DNA of 63,883 bases, filler included, from Octopus bimaculoides (GCF_001194135.2; 4 parts of 4 records of this genome joined end to end with filler, not necessarily neighbours in it); one strand, 5' to 3'. Positions 14,409 through 28,135 are shown, counted from the whole stretch's first letter. Notes: generated by a model not told the origin, from the sequence alone. Translations and numbers: made by a program.

Positions 14409-14481
<73 letters not shown>
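14409..14481 (+). repeat. (AAT)n microsatellite, representative of dozens of (TA), (CA), (GA), (AAT), (TTC), (GATA), (CATA) and (GAAA) tracts
   Basis: Directly visible; similar tracts occur throughout and flank most N gaps. Confidence 0.97.
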
Positions 14482-14483
<2 letters not shown>

Positions 14484-14887
14484 TTCTAACTTGTTGTCTC
14501 CTGAGGTCTCTGGATGAGACTTGGATCCAACTTGTACAAATGCAAAACAAGAATTTTGGAATAAAATCTGGGCAGAAGATAAAACACACAATGAAAAGGC
14601 CCCTTGGATTGATAGAATATCTACAGACCTAGACTCCTTAGAGGAGCAAAAGTGGGAGGGGGTCAGGGTAGAAGATATAAGATCTGCTCTCAGGAGGTCA
14701 AGCAAATGGAAGTCTCCAGGAAAGGATAAAATTCCTAACTTCTGGTTGAATGCCTTCCCAGAAAGCCATGAACTGCTAACAAAACTTTACAACGATGTTT
14801 TGCAAAATCCTAGTTTGATGCCTTCTTGGCTAGTTAATGGTTTAACATTCTTGCTTCCAAAAAATGAGGAAACAAACGAACCAAAAA
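14482..14887 (+). mobile_element. R4/Dong-clade non-LTR retrotransposon fragment, N-terminal part of RT
   Basis: Translates EFWNKIWAEDKTHNEKAPWI...WKSPGKDKIPNFWLNAF...MPSWLVNGLTFLLPK, typical of R4-clade RT. Directly follows a long (AAT)n tract; truncated by a gap. Confidence 0.85.
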
Positions 14888-15052
14888 NNNNNNNNNNNNN
14901 NNNNNNNNNNNNNNNNNNNNNNNNNNNNNNNTTAATTAATTAANNNNNNNNNNNNNNNNNNNNNNNNNNNNNNNNNNNNNNNNNNNNTATTTATATACGC
15001 ATACTTATGTAATTACATACAGAAATATATATGCATATATGTATATACGTAC

Positions 15053-15092
<40 letters not shown>

Positions 15093-15876
15093 ACAAAAAC
15101 AAATACACATCATACATAATAATATGCACTCTATCATGCAAACACATACTCGTGCGCACGCGCACTCACGCACGTGCACTCACGCACGCGCACTCACGCA
15201 CGCGTACGGAAGCACACACACACTGCCACCCATCTACGCATACCCCACCTACAAAGTCACAGCGTCAACTACTTGACTTCTGTGGAATCAATCTTCTGCT
15301 CTTAAAAATAAAGTAACGTTACAAAGATTAAGCAAACGTAATGAATCAAACTGGAGTTAGACATGTCGAAACCATAGTAGTAGCAGCAGCAATAACAACA
15401 ACAACAACAACAACAGCAGCAGCAACAGCTGCAGAAGCAATAGTGACAGCAACTGCAACAACAACAATAGCAACTACGCTATTAAAAATCAAAACACTAA
15501 CGTTCATAATCGTTCGTAATACACTGCGACAGATTCGAACATGAATCTGCTAATCGCTGGTGCACTTTTCTCAGGGAGAACAAGGTTCCCTTTCAGATAA
15601 TGTGTGTTCAGAACTTACGCGATTTATTGCTGTAAAAGAACTTTATCTTTTACTTGTTTCGAAGGATTTTTAGTCGAATGAATCGACCCCTGTACACATT
15701 TTCTTTTGTTTAAGCCTAGTACTCATTCTTTCGCTCTCTTTTGCCGAACCGCAAAATATGTATGNNNNNNNNNNNNNNNNNNNNNNNNNNNNNNNNNNNN
15801 NNNNNNNNNNNNNNNNNNNNNNNNNNNNNNNNNNNNNNNNNNNNNNNNNNNNNNNNNNNNNNNNTATATATATATT

Positions 15877-15912
<36 letters not shown>

Positions 15913-15989
15913 TGCATCTGTATCTTTCTATCTCTCGCCGTCGTCATCTTTACCTTCATTTTAAGTTAATGAGATCAAAAGGGACACGG

Positions 15990-16560
15990 GATGAACTAGT
16001 TTCTTCCAACAGGCCATCTTTCCTTATATCACAGTTCTTTGGCATCTCCTTTCCTTCTGGCTTCATCTCATCTTCCAATGTCTCTCTTTGGTTTCACCTT
16101 CCACTAAAAGGTTTTTCTTTTCAATTGCCTGATTATTCTTTACTCCACTGTCATTCTCCATACACTTCACGTATCTGTACAAGCTTCATCTTTTCCTTTG
16201 CTCAAACTCATTTGTTTCTCCAGAACATAGTATTGTCTCGGCCCATTTGTGTTCCGCATTTCATGCTCGTTGACTTTACATGTCCAACGCAGCATACATT
16301 TTCTTTTTACTTCATTCTAATTTTCGCATATCTTCCTCATTCAATGCCCATGGTCGGATATATTTAACACTGCTCTTCGTACACAACATAATTCACTCTA
16401 TAATTCACATGGAGAATCCCTTAGGTTTGTTACCTGCAAAAGGTTGTCTCGGAGACACTCCCATTTGGCATTTATGTTACAGACCTCTGTTTCTTCTCAG
16501 TTCCCGTCTTAATTAGTTTCTAGGACGTTTTAGAATTTTCTTCTCGCCGACGGATGTATC
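15990..16560 (-). mobile_element. RTE-clade LINE fragment (RT C-terminal region and 3' end), decayed
   Basis: Minus translations PWALNEEDMRKLE and MLRWTCKVN resemble RTE ETWAL...RRLE..ERSMLRWM; WECLRDNLL lies upstream. Confidence 0.7.
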
Positions 16561-18042
16561 AACGTCTGTACCTCTCTTCTATACATTGTCTTCTGCTTAG
16601 TCTATCTCCTACTTTAACCACCGATCATTAACCTATACTGAATCGTGTATACTTCATTGTGTAAAAATTTACTACTCACAACAAATATATTTCTATCCTG
16701 ATATATCTCTGATGAGGGTCTTCAAGTCGCTGCTACCGAGATGCATCTCACAATGGTGCGCCTGGAATCATTGTGTGCATTTGTTAATAATATCAATGTA
16801 GTTGAGTTGTCTTCGTCTTATATTAGGCTGTGGAAATCTTCAAAATATTACATAAAATATGACCAGGTTTTCAACACATTAACTCTAGCCAGCAAAGCCC
16901 AACCGGCATTGAGATGGGGGAAAATGTGTTCATAAATTTCTTTGGGCTTGTGCCCTCATCATGAAATATCAGGATCTCTCACGGAAAGCCTGGTTTACGT
17001 ACTATCAAGGGGATCTTAAATTTTTTTCTTCATCATCCAGATTTTTGTTCCAAAGAGAAGGAGAATACTCTATACTTATGCCTTGAAGAGAGTAATCCTT
17101 ATTGACGTTGTTATACTTGATTACCAGAGGTTATGAAGCTTGTTACAGATACTCCAGCCTAGTCCCCCGCGTGTAAGGACGCCTGCTTGACTGTCAGCAA
17201 TATAGTGCTCAGGGTAATTGAAGTCATTAACTTCTCTGTCGCTTCCACTAACTGAAACAAATCAACAGGTCGCGCGATGGTCTTCTATTCACTATTCTCT
17301 GCTTTAGGAAGCAGAAGAAATTTGGCTGCAAAGTTCTTAAGCGATGCAACACCAATCTGATGAGTTATACGAACAACATCATTCCCTTAGTGATGATCAT
17401 AGATCAATGTCTTTCAAACATTTTCCCCTACTGTCCACTTTGATTCCTATCTTACTCAATGGACTCCAGCCCCCATGGCCATTCGATGCTTAAAAATGTC
17501 CTATTATATTTTTATAATTAAATATTATTAGGAATTGTATAAAAAAAATTGATAAACTGCTTTGTGTATTGTAGAAGTATAATCAATTCATTGCATATAA
17601 ACTTTAACAACGAAATTTTATACGTCAACCCGCCAAGGGTCGTGGGATGGCCATCGGTTGAGAACTACCGATTATAAATGATACAAACTCAACTGACGTC
17701 TTCATTGCTTCAGCTTGACAATATGGCGTCCACTGCAATCACAAAAAAGTTAAAAAAAGAGAAAATAATAATAATAATAATGAAGGAGGTAAGGNNNNNN
17801 NNNNNNNNNNNNNNNNNNNNNNNNNNNNNNNNNNNNNNNNNNNNNNNNNNNNNNNNNNNNNNNNNNNNNNNNNNNNNNNNNNNNNNNNNNNNNNNNNNNN
17901 NNNNNNNNNNNNNNNNNNNNNNNNNNNNNNNNNNNNNNNNNNNNNNNNNNNNNNNNNNNNNNNNNNNNNNNNNNNNNNNNNNNNNNNNNNNNNNNNNNNN
18001 NNNNNNNNNNNNNNNNNNNNNNNTATATATATATATATATAT

Positions 18043-18097
<55 letters not shown>

Positions 18098-18853
18098 TGC
18101 ATCTGAATCTTTCTATCTCTCGTCGTCATCATATTCACTTTCATTTTAAGTTAATAATATGAAAAGGGACACGGGATAGAACCCTGTCTAAAGACAAGAT
18201 CTCTTGTTAAGTGTATTTTCGATATTTTGAAAACAGATTAGTTGACATTATCTCCTTTGGTTGCTGCTCTTACGTATCAAGTACACTTGGAGTAAGAATT
18301 AAAATTTTAATACAAGGTATAATATATAGTTAATCGGAGATTATAGCTTAGTCTTAGACATATGTGAAACTAGTCTACGTGCATATCCTGCTCTATATTT
18401 GTATGCAATCTCAACACTTACGTTGACGCACATATAAACACATATATATAAATATATAACATGGACTCACACATAAAAACACACAAACACACACATATAT
18501 AAGACAAGGTATACGTACGTAATGGTCATTATATAATGTTCCTTTCTTAATAAAGGAAAAACTCTATAATGACTATTAATCTATACCTTGTCTTAAATAA
18601 TATCACTCTGTGTAAAAGCCACAATCACGGATTTACAATATAGAATTGTGATGAACCATAACCTTCGACCCTGCCATAGGAATGCTTTGATTTCTTCACT
18701 AATCTAATCAATATTTTAAGCATGGTGTACCATCAGAGCTTATGAAGTATTTTGCCCAGATTGGTAATTCCTAAATATTAGCTCAGCGATATATATATAT
18801 ATATATATATATGTGTGTTTGTAAGTGTATATGTATAGGCATACACGCATATA

Positions 18854-18889
<36 letters not shown>

Positions 18890-18944
18890 CCTGAATATGT
18901 GTACATATATAAATATATATGCAAAAATGAAATGTATATATATC

Positions 18945-18979
<35 letters not shown>

Positions 18980-20043
18980 GGACATGTGTATACATATCTA
19001 TCTNNNNNNNNNNNNNNNNNNNNNNNNNNNNNNNNNNNNNNNNNNNNNNNNNNNNNNNNNNNNNNNNNNNNNNNNNNNNNNNNNNNNNNNNNNNNNNNNN
19101 NNNNNNNNNNNNNNNNNNNNNNNNNNNNNNNNNNNNNNNNNNNNNNNNNNNNNNNNNNNNNNNNNNNNNNNNNNNNNNNNNNNNNNNNNNNNNNNNNNNN
19201 NNNNNNNNNNNNNNNNNNNNNNNNNNNNNNNNNNNNNNNNNNNNNNNNNNNNNNNNNNNNNNNNNNNNNNNNNNNNNNNNNNNNNNNNNNNNNNNNNNNN
19301 NNNNNNNNNNNNNNNNNNNNNNNNNNNNNNNNNNNNNNNNNNNNNNNNNNNNNNNNNNNNNNNNNNNNNNNNNNNNNNNNNNNNNNNNNNNNNNNNNNNN
19401 NNNNNNNNNNNNNNNNNNNNNNNNNNNNNNNNNNNNNNNNNNNNNNNNNNNNNNNNNNNNNNNNNNNNNNNNNNNNNNNNNNNNNNNNNNNNNATATATC
19501 TTGCAAAATAGTTGATGTAATAACGTAAGAAGAGAAGAAAGAAATTTTTTTTTAATGAGACATGAGTGTATGTGACGTCGAGACAAGATGTCGACGGACC
19601 GGTAAAAGATAAGTCTGCAACACCGGATGCAAGTTACGCAATCAATCAACGAATGTATACCGAGTTGAATAAAAGCGGGGAAGTGAACTTCTCGAGAACA
19701 AACCTTTAAGTGCACAGCGATTATTCCATAAATGTATACTCTCGTGCTTCATATGAATAATAAAATAAGTTAAAACTAAATTATTTCGTTCTCCCGTTAC
19801 GTAGACATACACAGAGAGATAGGCTACATGAATACAGACGTATAAATACGGAAAGAAATGTATGATGTACATGCATGTATGTAGGTATACATATGTATAT
19901 TTATATGTATATACATGTATATATACCTGTACATATAATACACACACGCACGCACACACACATGTATATATGCGTGTAAGTATATATGAATGTAAAGCAA
20001 GGTGGAAAAATAGTACCTGAATACCGAAATAGATCCAACGGAA

Positions 20044-20095
<52 letters not shown>

Positions 20096-21077
20096 GCGTG
20101 TGCGTGTGCGTATGTGTGTGTGTGTGTGTGTTTGTGTGTGTTGTATGTATATATATATATATAGAGAGAGAGTGAAATATATATGTGTATATATATAGAT
20201 ACACACACACACACACNNNNNNNNNNNNNNNNNNNNNNNNNNNNNNNNNNNNNNNNNNNNNNNNNNNNNNNNNNNNNNNNNNNNNNNNNNNNNNNNNNNN
20301 NNNNNNNNNNNNNNNNNNNNNNNNNNNNNNNNNNNNNNNNNNNNNNNNNNNNNNNNNNNNNNNNNNNNNNNNNNNNNNNNNNNNNNNNNNNNNNNNNNNN
20401 NNNNNNNNNNNNNNNNNNNNNNNNNNNNNNNNNNNNNNNNNNNNNNNNNNNNNNNNNNNNNNNNNNNNNNNNNNNNNNNNNNNNNNNNNNNNNNNNNNNN
20501 NNNNNNNNNNNNNNNNNNNNNNNNNNNNNNNNNNNNNNNNNNNNNNNNNNNNNNNNNNNNNNNNNNNNNNNNNNNNNNNNNNNNNNNNNNNNNNNNNNNN
20601 NNNNNNNNNNNNNNNNNNNNNNNNNNNNNNNNNNNNNNNNNNNNNNNNNNNNNNNNNNNNNNNNNNNNNNNNNNNNNNNNNNNNNNNNNNNNNNNNNNNN
20701 NNNNNNNNTATATACATATATATGTAAATGTATGTATGCATATGCATGTACGTATGTATTTATATACAGTACACACACACACACATATATAAATATATAT
20801 ATATATGTATATAAAACCATACACACTCGCTCAAACCTTTATTCCTATTATTGACGCAATTTTGTCAATCTACTGTTATTTTTGTTTTGTTGTTGTTGTT
20901 GCTGTCACTTGTCTGTCTCTCAATTACTTCTCTCTCTTCTCTCGCCCTTTCTTTAATTAGTCAAAATCAGTGTCTTAACCGCCGTAATATGGAGAGAGAG
21001 TCGAGTCAGTGCGATATGTGATAGCGTCAACAATGCTATGTAAAGCTCATACAAACACTTATGTTACATACATGCAT

Positions 21078-21123
<46 letters not shown>

Positions 21124-21649
21124 AACATACAATATAGATATGTACATACGCATATATACACAAGGGTACTACATGAGTACCTATGTCGCTAAAAAATAGA
21201 AGTCAAAAAATACTTTTGTACCATCGGTAAATATCTAATATTGTATGTATATATGTACATATCTAATATTGCATGTATATATTTTATCCCTGTATATATA
21301 TATATACATAAATACACGCACATACTGATACACGGGAAAGAAGGTACATTTTGTACATTAAGGCACTCACCAGTCATTTTAGCTTTATACGATATATTTC
21401 TTTTTTTTTCTGTCCGTTTGTCTATCTGTCAACCTATCTATCCATCTACCTAGCAATGTCCCTACTGTATGCGTTTGTGTTTGTGCGTAGTTTGTATAAG
21501 TACATAAATACACAGATACATATATACATACATGCACACACACACACACATACACACACACATATTATAAAGGAAAATTATAGTTGTCAACAAAACTTGA
21601 CTAAGTGTGTGTATAACAACTATGTATATGTGTGTGTATGTGTGTGTGT

Positions 21650-21946
21650 GGAGGCGCAATTGCTCAGTGGTTAGGGCAGCAGGCTTGCGGTCGTGGGATC
21701 ACAGTTTAGATTCCCAGACCGGGCGTTGTGAGTGTTTATTGAGCGAAAACACTGCAGGGGGACGGGGATGGCGAACCCCCTGTTCTATTTTACCACAACT
21801 TTCTCTCACTCTTTCTTCCTGTTTCTTTTGTGCCTATATTTCAAAGGGCCAACCTTGTCACACACTGTGTCACGCTGAATCTCCCTGAAAGCTACATTAA
21901 GGGCACACGTGTCTGGATTGCTCAGTCACTTACACTTTAATTTACA
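21650..21946 (+). mobile_element. tRNA-derived SINE family C
   Basis: A-box-like tgctcagtggttagg, B-box-like gtttagattccc. The 3' region caaagggccaaccttgtcacacactgtgtcacgctg is shared with 1287-1580. Confidence 0.8.
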
Positions 21947-22453
21947 TATACATATATATGTATATATGTATACATACACATACATACACACATAAATGTA
22001 TGTGCATGCCTACGTGTGTGTGAGTGTGTGCATGTGTGTGTGCGTGCATGTGCGTGTTTGTGCGTGTGTGTGTGTGCCTGTGTGTAAAACTTTCACCTAA
22101 TTTTCTAAAGATTTCTTTATCCATCATTAAACCTCCTCTGTCATCTCACTACCACCAACAGATACAAGATCAATTCAGACATTTAATATTTAAAGGATCA
22201 ATCGTTTAATCTGAAATCAGATTTTTACCCCCTTATATGCTATCCCCTGCAACAGGAACAAATTATTGGTTTAAAAGCCTTTATCAAATTTATGAATCAT
22301 TAGCAATTGGTTAAGGAATTTCCTTTAAGAAACAGCGAACTTCCAATGAAGAAAACAAAGGAAGCCCCCCCCCCTCTACATTGCTTGACCTGTACAAAAT
22401 AGCAGCCAAATCTCTTCCAAATGACACCCAAGTGTCTTGAAAATAAGGAGACT

Positions 22454-22793
22454 TTGTGGTTATCAACCGGGATTCATATGGCCCCTGAGAGTACATATAT
22501 GATTTATGGGTCCACGCTACGAAATAATAAACTGTCCACAATAATATTTTAAGGGCCCCTGAAAATATTCTGCTTTAAAAATATATTTTGGTACATATTG
22601 CAAGAAACAACTTGGCAGGTTTCTTTTCCTCACGTTTTGCATAGTTCTTCCCACAGAAATTTATGTGTGAAAATCAAAATAGGAATTTTGGATGATGTTT
22701 CTATAAAACTAGCTTTTAAACATCGACTGGTTATGGGGGCCCACCAGAATGAAATAGTAATCCATAGACAAAAAAATGTTTGAAAACCTCCTG
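22454..22793. mobile_element. hAT-type MITE, second copy
   Basis: tgtggttatcaacc ... gtttgaaaacctcctg. Shares aaaataggaattttg, gtttctataaaacta and ccaccagaat with the 56834 copy (reverse complement). Confidence 0.7.
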
Positions 22794-23170
22794 CTTTAGG
22801 TGATGCAGTCGTCGATATGCAGTATAAAAAGAAACTAAATATGTAAACAAGTAAATAATGGTTGGAATATGTTTACCTTATAGCTTGGCTGGATTAAGAG
22901 ACGACCTGGGATTTAAGCAAGAACATTGACAGCAGTCTCATCAACGACAGTGTAATAAACAACAACAATAATAACGAGAGCAAAAAGAAACACGCCTCCG
23001 TAATGTAAATGGTTAAATTTTTTATTTCTTCTAAACAAATCCGAAATGGATGAAAAAATGACAGAAAAAGGAATTTTTTGAAATACAGCAAAAAAACAAA
23101 AATAGACAAATACAAGAAATACCAGCAATAACATCAACAACATGCAAAACTAAACGAAATTGCAAAATAA

Positions 23171-23203
<33 letters not shown>

Positions 23204-24586
23204 NNNNNNNNNNNNNNNNNNNNNNNNNNNNNNNNNNNNNNNNNNNNNNNNNNNNNNNNNNNNNNNNNNNNNNNNNNNNNNNNNNNNNNNNNNNNNNNNN
23301 NNNNNNNNNNNNNNNNNNNNNNNNNNNNNNNNNNNNNNNNNNNNNNNNNNNNNNNNNNNNNNNNNNNNNNNNNNNNNNNNNNNNNNNNNNNNNNNNNNNN
23401 NNNNNNNNNNNNNNNNNNNNNNNNNNNNNNNNNNNNNNNNNNNNNNNNNNNNNNNNNNNNNNNNNNNNNNNNNNNNNNNNNNNNNNNNNNNNNNNNNNNN
23501 NNNNNNNNNNNNNNNNNNNNNNNNNNNNNNNNNNNNNNNNNNNNNNNNNNNNNNNNNNNNNNNNNNNNNNNNNNNNNNNNNNNNNNNNNNNNNNNNNNNN
23601 NNNNNNNNNNNNNNNNNNNNNNNNNNNNNNNNNNNNNNNNNNNNNNNNNNNNNNNNNNNNNNNNNNNNNNNNNNNNNNNNNNNNNCTTTAACCAATCTCT
23701 GTTGCGTCTCTTAAAACCCCTCTCTCTCTGTCTCTTTCTCGCTTGCTCCTTTTCTAAGTTCCTTTCCACCTCTCTGCCTCTCCCCGTTTTCTTTCCTACA
23801 TTGCAGTGCCTCTCTTCCTCTACACCCACCACTCTTCCCCATCCCTTCTCTCTTTCTTACACTACTTTGTCTCTCCCCATCCCCCTATCTCTTCCCTACC
23901 AAACGCAGCCTATTTCGGTGCGGGACCTGCACCCAATGACACGATTCATTTCTCAGTGAGTGACGAGGTCATCTCTAGTTAAATGTTCAAGTGTGACGGC
24001 TGGTTAAGATCTCGTTGAACCGAGTTAGCCGACACAGTTTCCATTCCCAGTTGGAGCTGTCTCACTTAACGTGGACAAAGACAATTAAGAAAAGCATAAA
24101 TGTTGCAGAGGCGCTTCCCACTTCATTCTTTCTTACATATATATCTAAGGTGCTTACGTGTACACTCATACAAATACCCTTACGGTGACACAAGTATATT
24201 CACCACAAGTGCAAGCATAACTGTATGTCTAAGAGGCATGTTTAGAAACCAAGTGGATCTATGTACGCATACATACATACATGCATGCATACATACATAC
24301 ATACATACGTTACATACGTTACATACATGCATATGCACACATATATATATTATATACACGAGTAAGTACATAAATGCAAAACAAGGTGGTAAGAATAGTA
24401 CTCGAGAACTGAAGGTAGAGTAACGTACTCTTTTTATTAGAGCTGCGAAAGCATCACATATCTGTTGCTCAGAGTTTCACTTTTCTGTTCGAGGGACACT
24501 TGAGATCAAAACTGGAATAAAATTTTATTCCAGTTATAATTGGTTGTAGATTCAATTTGAGATAAATAATTATTATATTTCTGAGT

Positions 24587-24628
24587 TGCAGACTGATGAC
24601 GAGCAAAGACTCAGAAACATGTCTGTGG
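24587..24628 (+). ncRNA. Minimal hammerhead ribozyme motif (slightly decayed)
   Basis: gcaga-CTGATGA-c-gag-caaaga-ctc-a-GAAAC-at-GTC-tgtg. Canonical core, 3-bp stem II, palindromic stem III ACATGT, GUC triplet; stem I has one mismatch. Confidence 0.5.
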
Positions 24629-25771
24629 ATGCAGGCTTAGCTGGGTGGAGGTGCTTGTCTCCCCCTTGTAAACATAAGGACACAGGAAATGTGTCAAGGC
24701 CGACAGGAAGCGGTGCAGCTTCCTAGTTTTAACCAACAGTAGTATTATTCCCTTCAGGGGACTGTCACATTAAGTTGACAGCATACAACTACTTCATAAA
24801 ATGTATTCTCATGACATCATTTGAACATGAGTTCAAGTCTTTATTTAAAATTTTCTTTGTTTCTGTTAATATTTAGAATTTTCCAAATTATAGAGACGAG
24901 AAAATGATTTTGATCTTAATGTATTTATCAAATCTTGTATTTCTTTTTAGACCGACATTGAAGCTAAAATCTTGTTGGTGATTTAAAGGTCTATTTGCGG
25001 TCGGTATGACGCTTCTTAAAATGTCCTTCATATATGCCTATGAATAATTTAGTCTTCTCTAAGCCTTGAAAGCTCGGTAAGCAATCGCTTCATAATTACA
25101 TTTGCCAACGTCAGGCTATAATTCAGTGACATTACATTTGTTTGTTTGCGGGAGCTTAGTCTTCTTGTTATTAATACTGAATGGCTGGTTACAGCATTCT
25201 TATTGATGCGAAAAAGAGCGGTTTGCCCAAACGTTAGTTATATGAATATCAAATTTTTCAATGTGATTCAAAACAAGTTATTATTTAAGATAAGGTTATC
25301 GGTGAAAGAAAAACAACTATAAATCCGTGTTTTCCTTTTTTTTTTCTTTTTTTTTTTCGTCTTTAAAAAGCTCGTGAAGATTCTTGTTAGCGGGGAGAAA
25401 TATTTTGAGAAGAAATTCAAAAAATTTATCATATAACTGTGTCGTGTGAACATTCTCCATTTTAGAATAATGCTTTATGCTGTTCAAATTGGAAATCGGT
25501 CGCTTTTCTGATACTTATCACAAAGGTCGTTGTATCGAGTGCTAGCACAAGACCACAGTTATAGAAATGCCGACGCCAAGAGTATATGCTAAATATTCCC
25601 GTCTCTCTCTTTCTATTTAATTAATCTATCTAAACATACATACATCCATACATACATAAACATACATAAATATGTACATATATATGTGTATGTATATGTA
25701 TGTAGGTATCATGATCTATCAGTCTATCTATTTGTCAATCTGTCTGTCTATCTATTTATCTATGACACGCT

Positions 25772-25807
<36 letters not shown>

Positions 25808-25882
25808 NNNNNNNNNNATATATGTATTTATGCATATAGATGTATAATAGATATGTGTGTATATGTGTGCGTGTGTGCGTGC

Positions 25883-25924
<42 letters not shown>

Positions 25925-26008
25925 ATAAATACATGCACACACTTGTATATACATACATAGGTATACACATAGACAAATATGTAGATTTTTGTGATGAGTG
26001 CTTATGAG

Positions 26009-26066
<58 letters not shown>

Positions 26067-26491
26067 GGTCTCGTACCTCTGTGTGTGTGATGGTCTCGTA
26101 CCTCTGTGTATTTGTATATGTCACACTTTAATTCTCACAATGCTTATATAAACAAAGAGACCGCGGCAATAACAGCTGTGTGAAGTATTTCAGAAACCTA
26201 TCAAGCGCCATTCTCGCCACTTCGTATAAACTTAAGGAACTCGATTTAAAATGAAAACCAATGTAATACGAACTGATACCCTACTGTTCTGAAATTCCTT
26301 AAGGGATATATTAAACATCTACCCACCTCATTTCTTATAAACCTCTTAATTCTTCTGTATATTCGTCCTTATCGTTAGCTGTCCACCAGTTTTGAACATT
26401 TGAGATTTTCGATGGTTTTCTGGTGCAAACGATTTTTTTCTGTTGGAGATATATTTTCACGTGTCATATGACAAGTAATTCTCAGATCCAT

Positions 26492-26548
<57 letters not shown>

Positions 26549-26716
26549 CAGACACATAATTCCAATAGAGAAACACACACACACACACACACACACGAAT
26601 TAAATAAGTAAAATAAAATATCTTTAAGGTTTTAGGGAACAATCGCATTAATAAGAACAGGAAGAAGTACAGCAACAACAAAGCAGCAGTAGCAGCAACA
26701 ACAACAACAACAGTAT

Positions 26717-27248
26717 ATGCTCTGGTGCAGCACCAGTCACTGGCTCACATGGCTTCTGATCTTAACTGACTGGACGTGTTATGCACATGTTTTGTCTTGG
26801 GCTACAGCAAATGTTCTGCTCAATACCACAGATTTGCTTGTCAGTTGTTTGACCTTAACTAGTTGAGCATGTTCCTTGATGGCTGATGATATGTGCATCT
26901 CTGATCATGAGCAGAAGTAGTGGGGTAGCATCAAGGCCATGTGTTGAAATGAATTCTTTGGGGTTTGAATAGTTCACCTTTGGAAACATGGGTGTTTCGT
27001 TCAGCATACTTAAACAACCCTTATTCAGGGGACTTTTGAGCGACTCCACCTGAAGAAAACTCTAACTGCGCCCCACCTGCAAGATCATGCGCTTTTTATC
27101 TTGATATGAGATCGCCATGTCGCGCACACATGGTTGTGATGCATGTGCTTGGTGTAAACTTATTAGACGAGTAGTCATGATGCAGATATTAGGCTTTGTA
27201 TATTTGTACGCCAGTTGCACTTTGATGGCATTCGCTGCTCTCTCACTC
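26717..27248 (-). mobile_element. ~530-bp non-autonomous interspersed repeat associated with (ATT)n
   Basis: Begins gagtgagagagcagcg immediately after an (ATT)n tract and ends at a (GTT)n tract. Recalled as a common octopus repeat; only one copy is in the window. Confidence 0.5.
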
Positions 27249-27310
<62 letters not shown>

Positions 27311-27358
27311 TAATAATAATAATAATGATAATAATAATAATAATAATAATGATAATAA
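27249..27358 (+). repeat. (AAT)n microsatellite with GAT interruptions
   Basis: Directly visible. Confidence 0.97.
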
Positions 27359-27617
27359 TGAGAAGAGCATTGCCTCTGTGAATTTTCTCTCCTTTTTTCC
27401 CCTATATTTTTTGTCTGCTTTTTTATTTTTTCCTTTTTCTCTCTGTCTTTCTTCCCATTTTTCTGTATCACATGACTTTGTAAAAGAACAATCTGGTGTG
27501 TTATTTAATGGCCTACCAATGTATGCAGTGCATTTCTCTGCCCTAAGGTGCCAGGAAGACACTCAGCAAGAAATGGAAACAAAATTGAAAGAAGATGATG
27601 AAGAAAATAGTGATAAC

Positions 27618-27800
27618 CTTTTCTACAAAAGTCCTGAAATTTTAGGGGAGGAGACCAGTTGATTCTATCGACCCCAATGTGTAACTGGTAATTATTTTAT
27701 TGATCCAGAAAGATTGAAAGACAAAGTCATTCTCGGTGGAATTTGAACTCAGAACGTAGCGACGGGCGAAATACTGCCAAGCATTTCGTCCAGCATGCTG
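27618..27800 (-). mobile_element. SINE family B copy
   Basis: atcgaccccaatgtgtaactgg...ggaatttgaactcagaacgtagcgacgggcgaaatac. Confidence 0.75.
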
Positions 27801-27809
27801 TGGACTCTG

Positions 27810-28135
27810 CCAGCTGAATGCGGAGGACATCCAGAGACTATCGACATCAGAATCTCTGGATGCAGCAGACTGATGCCGACAGAATATTTACAAAGACATG
27901 ACCAGGCAGCTCACTACATACACAGTTCAATATGTTGCGTATACACAACCCAACAGTTGATCAGAATGCCGAGGTTACCATCCTTTGGGATTTCGTGACC
28001 GGTCGGATCGAAGAATACACGCAAAATGACCAGGTTTCAATGTGAAAAAGTCATGTTGAAAAGCTTTGTCTTCTAATTGATGTTGCAATCCAATTGGAGA
28101 AAAAACACATCTCTGAAAACGTTTGAGAAATTAAG
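27810..28135 (+). mobile_element. R4-clade LINE C-terminal fragment (zinc knuckle and restriction-like endonuclease), decayed
   Basis: ECGGHPETIDIRISGCSRLMPTEYLQRHDQAAHYIH, then WDF... and CLLIDVAI, matching the CCHC and PD-(D/E)xK region of RLE LINEs; frameshifts and stops present. Confidence 0.8.

Noticed and set aside
14932-14943. TTAATTAATTAA islands inside N gaps (also 38405-38416 and 52422-52433)
   Set aside because: Identical palindromic six-frame-stop linker padded by Ns; a scaffolding artefact, not biology.
16721-16761. CTGATGA-ggg...cc-GAGA hammerhead-like motif with a gagatgcatctc palindrome
   Set aside because: GAAA is mutated and no stem I partner exists.
19570-19715. Protein-like frame DVDGPVKDKSATPDASYAINQRMYTELNKSGEVNF
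   Set aside because: Only 47 codons, bounded by stops, with no convincing splice sites.
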